From the NCBI GenBank assembly GCA_036160575.1, contig JAYYDT010000047.1, positions 2,293-66,292 on the forward strand: a DNA stretch of 64,000 nucleotides, in the 5' to 3' direction. The position numbers were made by a program, and so were the translations under genes. The notes under the pieces are model-generated. The model worked only from the letters and a program-made list of their open reading frames with translations. It was not told the DNA's origin and made no database searches. Origin of the DNA: Pseudomonadota bacterium. GTDB lineage: Bacteria; Pseudomonadota; Alphaproteobacteria; Thalassobaculales; Thalassobaculaceae. Below, in pieces: positions 20,247 to 32,091 of this stretch. Every line of letters starts with the position of its first letter. Positions within the stretch are counted from its first letter, which is position 1.

Positions 20247-21152
20247 ATGACCGCTCAAACGACCCTTCGCCAGCCCATCACCTGCGGCGGCACCGGCGTG
20301 CATAGCGGCCGAGACGTGACGCTCACGCTGCGGCCGGCGTCCGCGAACCGTGGCGTGGTCTTTCGCCGCGTCGACATCACCGATCGTGACAATATCGTCG
20401 CCGCGCGCTGGGACAAAGTCGCCGACACCCAGATGTGCACTGTTTTGAGGAACGCCGCCGGGGTCCGGGTTTCGACCGTTGAGCATTTGATGGCCGCGCT
20501 GGCCGGTTGCGGGGTCGATAACGTGTTGGTCGACGTTGATGGCGAAGAATTGCCAATTATGGATGGCAGCGCCCAAGAATTCGTCGACATCATCTCGCGC
20601 GCTGGGATCAAAAATTTAACCGCGCCGCGCCGCATACTGCATATCGACCGCGAGGTCAGTGTGCGCGAAAAGGACAAGTTCATCTCGATCGTGCCGCACG
20701 ACATGCTGTCGATCAGTTGCAGTGTTCACTTCAAGGAATCGGCGCGCGCGTCGGGCCAGCGGGTGGTCGACCTGGTGAATGGCAATTTCCGCGAACTGGT
20801 CGCCTCGGCGCGCACCTTTGGCTTCCGCCGGGACGTTGAAACTTTGCGGGCCCGGGGCCTCGCCCTCGGCGGCTCTTTACACAACGCTGTGGTGCTGGAG
20901 GGCGAGGAAGTCCTGAACCCGGAAGGTCTGCGCTTTGACGATGAGCCGGTGCGTCACAAAATCCTCGACTGTGTCGGCGATCTATTTTTGGCGGGTGGCC
21001 ATGTGCGCGGTTATGTGCGCTCCGAACGCGGCGGGCACGAAATGAACAATCGCCTGCTCAAGGCGATTTTCGCCGATCCCAAAAATTGGCATTGGGGCGG
21101 CCAACCGCCGCCGCACCCGACGTCGCACGCCACCGCCGCCGCCGCTATTTAA
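20247..21152 (+). CDS. lpxC: UDP-3-O-acyl-N-acetylglucosamine deacetylase
   Basis: MTAQTTLRQPITCGGTGVHSGRDVTLTLRPA aligns with the canonical LpxC N-terminus. Also TVEHLMAALAGCGVDN and HKILDCVGDL motifs. I chose ATG 20247 over the track start at 20190, which would overlap the ftsZ hairpin. Confidence 0.93.
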   Translation: MTAQTTLRQPITCGGTGVHSGRDVTLTLRPASANRGVVFRRVDITDRDNIVAARWDKVADTQMCTVLRNAAGVRVSTVEHLMAALAGCGVDNVLVDVDGEELPIMDGSAQEFVDIISRAGIKNLTAPRRILHIDREVSVREKDKFISIVPHDMLSISCSVHFKESARASGQRVVDLVNGNFRELVASARTFGFRRDVETLRARGLALGGSLHNAVVLEGEEVLNPEGLRFDDEPVRHKILDCVGDLFLAGGHVRGYVRSERGGHEMNNRLLKAIFADPKNWHWGGQPPPHPTSHATAAAAI

Positions 21153-21250
21153 ATCCAATCCGACCCGGCCAGGTTTGCCCACCGCTTGGGGCTTGGCGGG
21201 TGTCACGCTTCCGCTTATGGTCATGCACTCACTGTTCGGTCGAGGGCCTG

Positions 21251-22093
21251 ATGTCCGCTAAGCGTTTTGTTTTCGCCTGCTCGCTGGTTAGCCTCGCCTT
21301 GGTCGCGTGCGCCGACAAGCCACGCCAAATATTGGTGGACGAGGTTGAGACACGTCCGGTCGAAACCCTCTACAACGAGGCCATGGCCGATGCCCTGCGG
21401 GGAGATTATGAAGCGGCGGCGCCCAAATTCGACGAGGTTGAGCGCCAGCACCCCTATTCGGTCTGGGCGACCCAAGCCCAATTGATGGCCGCCTACGCCC
21501 ATTACCAACGAAATAAATACGACGAAGCGGTCGCCGCCTTGGACCGGTTCATCAAATTGAACCCCGGCAACCCCAACGCCGCCTACGCGCTCTACCTCAA
21601 GGGGCTCTGCTATTACGAACAAATCACCGACGTCGGGCGGGATCAAACCGTCACCCACCAGGCGATGGCCACCTTCGAAAGCTTGATCGCGCGCTACCCG
21701 GAAAATCCCTACACCCGCGACGCTCGTTTGAAGATCGACCTGACGCGTAACCACCTGGCCGGCAAGGAAATGGCCATCGGCCGCTTCTACGCCGATCGCG
21801 AGCAATACTTGGCGGCCATCAATCGTTTTCGTCAAGTTGTCGACACTTACGACACCACCGATCAAGTACCGGAGGCTTTGCATCGCTTGACCGAGATCTA
21901 TCTAACCCTGGGGCTCGACACCGAGGCACGCAAGACCGCCGCCGTCCTAGGCCATAACTACCCCGGCAGTCCATGGTACGCCGACAGCTACCGCCTGCTG
22001 ACCGGCAAGGACGCCGGCGAGGGTGAAAGCTCGGCGGACGATGAGTCCGGCCTAGTCCGGCGGCTGTGGTCGGGGTTCAAGGGTCTTTTCTGA
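21251..22093 (+). CDS. bamD: outer membrane protein assembly factor BamD (lipoprotein)
   Basis: Lipoprotein signal with lipobox (SLALVAC at the cleavage site), followed by TPR-like repeats (LYNEAMADALRGDYEAAAPKFDEVERQHPYS...). Start set at ATG 21251. Confidence 0.85.
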   Translation: MSAKRFVFACSLVSLALVACADKPRQILVDEVETRPVETLYNEAMADALRGDYEAAAPKFDEVERQHPYSVWATQAQLMAAYAHYQRNKYDEAVAALDRFIKLNPGNPNAAYALYLKGLCYYEQITDVGRDQTVTHQAMATFESLIARYPENPYTRDARLKIDLTRNHLAGKEMAIGRFYADREQYLAAINRFRQVVDTYDTTDQVPEALHRLTEIYLTLGLDTEARKTAAVLGHNYPGSPWYADSYRLLTGKDAGEGESSADDESGLVRRLWSGFKGLF

Positions 22094-22109
22094 GCGGCGG
22101 ATCAAACCC

Positions 22110-25909
<3,800 letters not shown>

Positions 25910-25916
25910 CTGGCGC

Positions 25917-26183
25917 CTACGATGAGCTGTCGAGCAGGCTTACCCCGGCTTTGGCACACAACGCGGCCAATTGCTCGGCCGAGCGCATGCCGAAATTGGG
26001 CTGACGCAACAGAATACGGCGCGAGATTTTTTCCATGTCAGCCAGACGCAGCGGTTTGGGCGTTTCCGCGAAACCGTAGGTTTCAATGAAGGCGGCGGTG
26101 ATCGCCGTCGCCATACGCTGGTTGATGCTGCCATTGAGAAGCAGGTCCTCAAGGGTGGTCTCTGGACTAAGCGTCCTAATCAT
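25917..26183 (-). CDS. small helix-hairpin-helix protein resembling the RNA polymerase alpha-subunit C-terminal domain
   Basis: 88 aa. LADMEKISRRILLRQPNFGMRSAEQLAALCAKAGVSL parallels the RpoA alpha-CTD pattern (xGDLxxxTexELLkxPNxGKKSLxEIkxxLxxxGLSL), as I recall it. Convergent with ligA, 8 nt away. Confidence 0.4.
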   Translation of the reverse strand: MIRTLSPETTLEDLLLNGSINQRMATAITAAFIETYGFAETPKPLRLADMEKISRRILLRQPNFGMRSAEQLAALCAKAGVSLLDSSS

Positions 26184-26370
26184 GGCGCGTCCTCATCATA
26201 GCCAGCATCCCCCGGCTTTCTAGCCATATCCGCGCCATGGACCGGACGGACGGCCCGTGGCGCTGTGAAGCGTCGAGGTGACAGACCGGCCAAAGTCCGA
26301 CACGATACGCACCCCGTCCGCGTCGTCGCCAAAGCCAAGCCACCACCATTCGACGGCGCGAAGTCTGTCA

Positions 26371-26550
26371 CAACTTTTGAGTGTTTTTATGATAAACTAG
26401 CGGTAATTAGCGGGCTTTTGGGTAAGGCTTTTATTTTTTTTCATGCTCATCGGGTTTTGGAGAAATTTAAACTTAGCCTTTGGCGTAAAATACCGCATGC
26501 ATGCACTAAGCCGTGTGTTTTCGTCAGCGGTGAATTTTTGAAAGAGAGTG
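26371..26550. other. AT-rich non-coding tract (likely promoter region or foreign DNA)
   Basis: My hand count gives 70 G+C in 180 nt (about 39 percent) against a visibly GC-rich background. Contains a T8 run (26434-26441) and the 10-bp palindrome gcatgcatgc (26495-26504). Confidence 0.6.
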
Positions 26551-27060
26551 ATACAGCTATGGGCTTCTCGCGTAGGTTGTGTCATATGTTGCGGTCGATG
26601 CGCCACCGCCGATGAGGAGCTTGCCAACCGTGCCTCGCGCGCCGACCAAAAAAAGGACCGAAAAGCGGCCCAGCGCGGCCCCAAGGCAGGGAAAAAAACC
26701 ACGCTGAAGGCGGCGGCGCGAAAGGCCCCGCTTGGCGAGGGAATGGTGCGTCAAGCGCCGACCGAGCAAACCGTACCCGCCGATCAGCGGCCGACCATCA
26801 CGACGATCTTATGGACGATCTACCTGAACCCGGCGGACGCGCCTGGACAGGCGGTTTTACGGCCCCACGCCTGCCTGCGCGACGGGCGGGTGCTGGCCGG
26901 CACTCGGTCTTGGATCCGGCCAACGGTCGCCGATTGCCGCGCCTTGATCCCAAAATCCGCCAAGCGCCTCAACGTCGCCGACCCCGACAAGACAATTCAA
27001 GAGGTGTGGATGCAAAACATCGGGTCAGGCGCCAGTGCCGGCGATCAAACCGGCAGGTGA
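26548..27060 (+). CDS. hypothetical protein with a Lys/Arg-rich N-terminal region and a conserved-looking C-terminal domain
   Basis: Third-position GC is high from about nt 26610 onward. Basic segment RADQKKDRKAAQRGPKAGKKTTLKAAARKAP, then ILWTIYLNPADAPGQAVLRPHA...DPDKTIQEVWM. The start is uncertain: GTG 26548 lies in AT-rich sequence with poor codon bias, and ATG 26743 would give a 105-aa product. I cannot name a family with confidence. Confidence 0.4.
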   Translation: MIQLWASRVGCVICCGRCATADEELANRASRADQKKDRKAAQRGPKAGKKTTLKAAARKAPLGEGMVRQAPTEQTVPADQRPTITTILWTIYLNPADAPGQAVLRPHACLRDGRVLAGTRSWIRPTVADCRALIPKSAKRLNVADPDKTIQEVWMQNIGSGASAGDQTGR

Positions 27061-27674
27061 TCAAGCTCGATGGCCAAGGCGGCAACCTCTTCGGCCGCCA
27101 GTGTGCGGGGCGCCGCCTCGCCCACGCCCAGTCCGCGCGCCATGGCGGCGGCGAAAGCGGTTCGGTTTCCGAGCCGTGTGCGCAGCAGTTGAGCGGGGAG
27201 CTGGGCGGCGGCGGCGGCGGTTTCCTCAACCAGTTTGGCGCGCGCCGGCACCCGGTTGAGAAGCAGGGCGGTGGCCCGTCCCTCGCCCGCCGCCAAGTCC
27301 AAGGTCGGCTGACAAGCCCAGAGGTCCAAGGGGCTTGGCTGAAGCGGCATGATCACCCAATCGGCCAAGCGCACCGCCAGTTTGGCGTCGGTTTCGATAT
27401 GCGGCGGGGTGTCGATGACCACGACATCGGTCTGCGCCGCCAGAGCTTCCACCCGCGCCGCCAAGCGCCACCCGGCGGTTTGTTCAAAGCTGAGCGGAAC
27501 GGCCTTGTCCGCCGTCACGCGTAACGTCCACCACGCCGCCAAGCTGCCCTGCGGATCGCTGTCGATGACGCCCACGCGATGCCCGCCCTGGGCTAGGGCA
27601 ACGGCCACCTGGGCGGCCGCGGTGGATTTGCCGGCACCGCCCTTTTGTTGCGCGAAGGTGAATATCTTGGCCAT
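27045..27674 (-). CDS. small ParA/MinD-family ATPase (orphan, no ParB-like partner seen)
   Basis: 209 aa. Deviant Walker A QQKGGAGKST and Walker B-like VVVIDTPP. RBS GGGAGG lies 6 nt upstream of the ATG at 27674. The track ORF extension to 28232 is antisense to tsaC and is rejected. Confidence 0.8.
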   Translation of the reverse strand: MAKIFTFAQQKGGAGKSTAAAQVAVALAQGGHRVGVIDSDPQGSLAAWWTLRVTADKAVPLSFEQTAGWRLAARVEALAAQTDVVVIDTPPHIETDAKLAVRLADWVIMPLQPSPLDLWACQPTLDLAAGEGRATALLLNRVPARAKLVEETAAAAAQLPAQLLRTRLGNRTAFAAAMARGLGVGEAAPRTLAAEEVAALAIELDHLPV

Positions 27675-27699
27675 GACCGCCTCCCATGGAGAATAAGAT

Positions 27700-27711
27700 A
27701 GCAAATTTGCT
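27700..27711. promoter_or_regulatory. perfect 12-bp palindrome in the divergent parA-like/tsaC promoter region
   Basis: AGCAAATTTGCT at 27700-27711, about 26 nt upstream of the ParA-like ATG. It has operator-like symmetry. Nothing else supports this call. Confidence 0.2.
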
Positions 27712-27770
27712 GCACCTGCGAAATAGCGCGCTGACTTGACCCCCTTGCGATTTTGCCGCAAACGGTCGCG

Positions 27771-28754
27771 ATGGTTGAGATTCTGCCGCCTTCTGACGCC
27801 GCCATCGCGGCCGCCGCCGATTTGCTGCGCGCCGGCGAATTGGTCGCCTTCGCCACTGAAACCGTCTATGGCCTGGGCGCCGACGGCGGCAATGACGCGG
27901 CGGTCGCGCGCCTTTACGCGGCCAAGGGCCGGCCGCGCTTCAACCCCTTGATCGCGCACCTGCCGGACAGCGACGCGGTCTGGCGCCACGGGGAGGCCAA
28001 CCCGCTCGCCACGGCGCTGGCGGCGCGCTTTTGGCCGGGTCCCCTGACCCTGGTGATGGCCCATCGCGGCGATGGCGGCATTTCGCCCCTGGCGCGCGCC
28101 GGCTTGGAAACTTGCGCCCTGCGTGTGCCGGCGAGCGCAACCGCCCGCGCCCTGCTCACCGCCGCCGGCCGGCCGGTGGTGGCACCCAGCGCCAATCCCT
28201 CGGAAGGCATCAGCCCAACCCGGGCCGATCACGTGGCGGCGGGCTTAGGCGATCGCGTGGCCCTGATCATCGATGACGGCCCCTGCCCGATCGGTGTGGA
28301 GTCGACCGTGGTCGACGTGACCGGGCCGGCGCCGCGCCTGCTGCGGCCGGGGGCGATCACGGCGGCGATGATCGCCGAAACCCTGGGCGTGCCGGAAAGC
28401 AGCCTCCATGGCGATAAAGGCGGCGGCGCGGTCCGCGCGCCAGGCATGCTGCGCCGCCATTACGCGCCGGGCAAGCCGCTGCGCTTGAACGCCGTCGCCC
28501 CGCGCCCGGGGGAAGCTTATCTCGGTTGGGGGGCTTTGCCGGCCCACGACGGCCCGGCGATAAGCCTCAGCCTGACCGCCGATATAGCCGAGGCGGCCGC
28601 CAATTTGTTCGCCATGCTGCACCGTTTGGACGCCGGCGCCGGCAGCGCCATTGCCGTCGCGCCAATCCCCGAAAGCGGCCTTGGCGCGGCAATCAACGAC
28701 CGCCTGCGGCGGGCCGCTCAGCCGCGCGACGAAATGTCAAACGCCGGTGGGTAA
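27771..28754 (+). CDS. tsaC: L-threonylcarbamoyladenylate synthase (Sua5/YwlC/TsaC family, long form)
   Basis: LRAGELVAFATETVYGLGADGGNDAAVARLYAAKGRPRFNPLIAH and APSANPSEGISPT motifs, plus a Sua5-type C-terminal domain. ATG 27771 preferred over TTG 27753. Confidence 0.85.
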   Translation: MVEILPPSDAAIAAAADLLRAGELVAFATETVYGLGADGGNDAAVARLYAAKGRPRFNPLIAHLPDSDAVWRHGEANPLATALAARFWPGPLTLVMAHRGDGGISPLARAGLETCALRVPASATARALLTAAGRPVVAPSANPSEGISPTRADHVAAGLGDRVALIIDDGPCPIGVESTVVDVTGPAPRLLRPGAITAAMIAETLGVPESSLHGDKGGGAVRAPGMLRRHYAPGKPLRLNAVAPRPGEAYLGWGALPAHDGPAISLSLTADIAEAAANLFAMLHRLDAGAGSAIAVAPIPESGLGAAINDRLRRAAQPRDEMSNAGG

Positions 28755-28814
28755 TCTTGCCCCGCCACGGCGGCGATGTCATAAAGGATAGGCAATCGGA
28801 GAGCGAGACGCGCC

Positions 28815-30254
28815 ATGCCGCAGGATTACCAACCCGACGCCACGCAACAGGCCGCTTTGGCCGCCCTCAAAAATGTTGTCGCCGCCCGCGATTGGAGCGA
28901 CCAGGCCGACGTCTTGGAACCGCATTTGAGCGATTGGCGCGGGCTCTTCAAAGGCCAGGCGCAGCTGCTGTTGCGGCCGCGCAGCACGGCCGAGGTATCG
29001 GCTATTCTCAAAATCTGCCATGACGCCCGCCTGCCGGTGGTCCCGCAGGGCGGTAACACCGGGCAATGCGGCGGGCAAACCCCGTCCGACACCGGCAACG
29101 CGGTGATCCTCTCGCTGGCCCACATGAACCAGGTGCGGACCATCGACACCGATAATTTCACCATGACCGCCGAGGCCGGCTGCATCCTCAGCGACCTGCA
29201 GGACACCGCCGCCGCCGCCGACCGCTATTTCCCGTTGAGCCTGGCCGCCGAGGGCAGTTGCATGCTCGGTGGCAACCTGTCGACCAACGCCGGCGGCACC
29301 AATGTGTTGAAATACGGCAACGCCCGCGATCTGGTCCTGGGTCTGGAGATCGTGCTGCCCGACGGCGAGGTGATCGACGGCTTGCGCGGCCTGCGCAAGG
29401 ACAACACCGGCTACGACCTGAAGCAGTTGTTCCTTGGCGCCGAAGGCACGCTCGGGGTGATCACCGCGGCGGTGCTCAAGCTCTACCCCCGGCCGCGCGA
29501 TATTCGCACCGCCTATTGCGCGATCCGCGATGTCGCCGCCTCGGTCGAGCTACTGGCCCGCGCCCGCGACGCCAGCGGCGACCGGGTCGAGACTTTTGAG
29601 TTGATCCCGCGCGCGCTGGTCGACCTGGTGCTGCAGACCATCCCCGATTGCCAGGACCCGATGCCCAGCAACCATGACCAACATGTGCTGTTGGAATTGA
29701 TTTCCAGCCAGCCGGATGATCCGGGACTAGACCGCATGATGGAAGACATCCTCGGCCAGGCGATGGAAGACGGCTTGGTCCACGACGCGGTCATCTGCCA
29801 AAATGAAAGCCAGCGGCAAAACCTCTGGAAAATCCGCGAAAACGCCGCCGAGGCGCAAAAGGTCGAGGGCGCCTCGATCAAGCATGACATCTCGGTGCCG
29901 GTCAGCCGTATCGCCGAGTTTTACGGGCGCGCCCACGCCGCCGCCCTGGCGATTGAGCCGAACCTGCGGCTGATCGGCTTCGGCCATGTCGGCGATGGCA
30001 ATCTGCATTACAACATGCAGCGGCCGATGGGCGGCGACAATGACGCCTTTTTGGCCAAAAAGACCGAAATCAACCGGGCCGTTCATGACGTGGTCGTGGA
30101 AATGGACGGCTCGATCAGCGCCGAACATGGCATCGGCCGCTTGAAGCGCGATGAACTGGCCCATTACAAAAGCCCGATCGAACTCGCCGTCATGCGCAAG
30201 CTGAAGGCGGCGATCGATCCCCACGGCATTATGAACCCCGGCGTGCTGTTGTAA
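28815..30254 (+). CDS. FAD-linked oxidase (GlcD / D-2-hydroxyacid dehydrogenase family)
   Basis: FAD-binding PCMH domain (LPVVPQGGNTGQCGG...MLGGNLSTNAGG) and the C-terminal FAD-oxidase domain ending AIDPHGIMNPGVLL. Confidence 0.85.
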   Translation: MPQDYQPDATQQAALAALKNVVAARDWSDQADVLEPHLSDWRGLFKGQAQLLLRPRSTAEVSAILKICHDARLPVVPQGGNTGQCGGQTPSDTGNAVILSLAHMNQVRTIDTDNFTMTAEAGCILSDLQDTAAAADRYFPLSLAAEGSCMLGGNLSTNAGGTNVLKYGNARDLVLGLEIVLPDGEVIDGLRGLRKDNTGYDLKQLFLGAEGTLGVITAAVLKLYPRPRDIRTAYCAIRDVAASVELLARARDASGDRVETFELIPRALVDLVLQTIPDCQDPMPSNHDQHVLLELISSQPDDPGLDRMMEDILGQAMEDGLVHDAVICQNESQRQNLWKIRENAAEAQKVEGASIKHDISVPVSRIAEFYGRAHAAALAIEPNLRLIGFGHVGDGNLHYNMQRPMGGDNDAFLAKKTEINRAVHDVVVEMDGSISAEHGIGRLKRDELAHYKSPIELAVMRKLKAAIDPHGIMNPGVLL

Positions 30255-30285
30255 GCACCGCCCCGATGAGACGGAAGGCAGCGAA

Positions 30286-32076
30286 ATGAGCGCGTACACA
30301 GCCCCCCTCGCCGATATGGAATTCGCCCTGCGCGAGATCGCCGGCATGGAAGACCTCGCCGAATTGCCGAAATTCGCCCACGCCGAAAGCGACCTGACCC
30401 ATCAGATTCTGGAGGAGGCCGGTAAATTCGCAGCCCAGGTCCTCAACCCCTTGGATCAGGGCGGCGACGAGGTTGGCGCGCAGATCGAAAACGGCGTGGT
30501 CCGCACCCCGCCGGGCTTCGCCGACGCCTATCGCCAATTCGGCGAGGCCGGCTGGATCAGCCTACAATTCGAGGAGGAGCATGGCGGCCAATCTCTGCCC
30601 AGCGTGTTACAGGTGGCGACCGGCGAGATGTGGAACGCCGCCAATATGTCCTTCGCGCTGTGCCCGCTGCTGAATCAGGGCGCGTCCGATGTCTTGGAAC
30701 GCCGCGGCACGCCAGAACAGCAAGAGATTTATCTGAAGCGCATGATCGCCGGCGAATGGACCGGCACCATGAACCTGACCGAGCCACAGGCCGGCACCGA
30801 TCTTGGCTCGATCCGCACTAAATCCGAGCGCCAGGGCGACCATTACCTGATCAAGGGTCAAAAGATTTACATCACCTATGGCGAGCACGATATGAGCGAG
30901 AACATCATTCATCTGGTGTTGGCGCGCTCGCCCGACGGCCCACCGGGCCCAAAAGGTCTGTCGCTGTACCTGGTGCCGAAATTCCTGGTCAACCCGGACG
31001 GCAGCCTCGGCCGCCGCAACGACCTCAGGGCGGTGTCGCTGGAAAGTAAGATCGGCATTCATGGTTCGCCCACCTGCGTGATGTCCTATGGCGATAACGA
31101 AGGCGCCGTCGGCTATCTCATCGGCGAGGAGAACAAGGGCCTCGAGAACATGTTCATCATGATGAACAACGCCCGCTTGATGGTCGGCCTGCAGGGTGTC
31201 TCGATCGCCGACCGGGCCTATCAACAGGCCGCCCAATACGCCAAGGACCGGGTGCAAAGCCGCGCCGTCGAGGGCAGCGCCGGCCCCGTGGCGATCATTC
31301 AGCATCCCGACGTGCGGCGCATGTTGATGGACATGCGCGCCCATGTCGAAGCGATGCGCGCGCTGACCTATTTGACCGCCGCCGAATTGGACCGCGGCGC
31401 CGCCGACCCGGACCCGGAACGCGCCGCCGCCGCCCAAGCGATGGCCGAATTGCTGATCCCGGTGGTCAAAGCCTATAACACCGACCGCGGCGTCGAGATC
31501 GCCTCGACCAATGTGCAAATCCACGGCGGCATGGGCTTTATCGAGGACACGCGCGCCGGTCAATTGTACCGGGATTCGCGGATCCTGCCGATTTACGAGG
31601 GGGCCAACGGCATCCACGCGCTCGATTTGGTGGGCCGCAAGGTCGCCCGCGATGGCGGCGCCGCCGCCGCCCGCTTAATCGCCCAGGCGCGCGCCGAGGT
31701 TGACGCCCTAACCGGCGATAGCGACGCCCGCCTTGGCCGCATCGCCGACCGTTTGGCGACCGCGCTCGACAGCTTGGAGGCGTGCACCGACTGGGTGGTG
31801 ACCACCATGCGCGACGACCCGCGCCGGGGCGCCAGCGGCTCCTCGCCCTATCTCAAATTGATGGGCGTCACGGTCGGCGGCTGGCTATTGGCCAAAGGGG
31901 CCGGCATCGCCCGCCGCGCCCTCGACGCCGGCGAGGGCGATGGCGCTTTCTTGGATGACAAAATCACCACCGCCGAGTTTTTCGCCCAGCACCATTTGAG
32001 CCAGGTGCCGGCCTTGGCGATCCAAGTAACCGAAGGCGGGGACACCGTCCTGGCCCTCGACGAGGCGCGCTTTTAA
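30286..32076 (+). CDS. long-form acyl-CoA dehydrogenase (about 596 aa, DmdC/AcdA-like architecture)
   Basis: N-terminal extension (YTAPLADMEFALREI), a central ACAD beta-domain region (TGTMNLTEPQAGTDLG), the YEGANGIHALDLVGRKV motif and an extra C-terminal helical domain. Confidence 0.85.
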   Translation: MSAYTAPLADMEFALREIAGMEDLAELPKFAHAESDLTHQILEEAGKFAAQVLNPLDQGGDEVGAQIENGVVRTPPGFADAYRQFGEAGWISLQFEEEHGGQSLPSVLQVATGEMWNAANMSFALCPLLNQGASDVLERRGTPEQQEIYLKRMIAGEWTGTMNLTEPQAGTDLGSIRTKSERQGDHYLIKGQKIYITYGEHDMSENIIHLVLARSPDGPPGPKGLSLYLVPKFLVNPDGSLGRRNDLRAVSLESKIGIHGSPTCVMSYGDNEGAVGYLIGEENKGLENMFIMMNNARLMVGLQGVSIADRAYQQAAQYAKDRVQSRAVEGSAGPVAIIQHPDVRRMLMDMRAHVEAMRALTYLTAAELDRGAADPDPERAAAAQAMAELLIPVVKAYNTDRGVEIASTNVQIHGGMGFIEDTRAGQLYRDSRILPIYEGANGIHALDLVGRKVARDGGAAAARLIAQARAEVDALTGDSDARLGRIADRLATALDSLEACTDWVVTTMRDDPRRGASGSSPYLKLMGVTVGGWLLAKGAGIARRALDAGEGDGAFLDDKITTAEFFAQHHLSQVPALAIQVTEGGDTVLALDEARF

Positions 32077-32091
32077 GCGGCGAACGCCCCG

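Noticed and set aside
21153-21250. A GC-rich imperfect inverted repeat after lpxC (cccaccgcttggggcttggcgggtg), considered as a terminator.
   Set aside because: The arms are not properly complementary (CCACCGC against GCGGGTG) and no T-tract follows. There is not enough support.
26180-26371. A 63-aa GTG-initiated ORF whose stop overlaps the start of the 88-aa HhH gene (an ATGA-type junction), which suggests a coupled upstream gene.
   Set aside because: The translation (MTDFAPSNGGGLALATTRTGCVSCRTLAGLSPRRF...) has no protein-like pattern, and third-position GC is only moderate. The other two minus-strand frames lack credible starts. I treat this as 5' UTR or non-coding, though transcript mapping could revise that.
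27675-28232. N-terminal 186-aa extension of the ParA-like ORF (track ORF 27045..28232).
   Set aside because: The extension is antisense to tsaC and rich in Gly/Arg/Ala. The ParA homology, a strong RBS and the Walker A motif all begin at ATG 27674.
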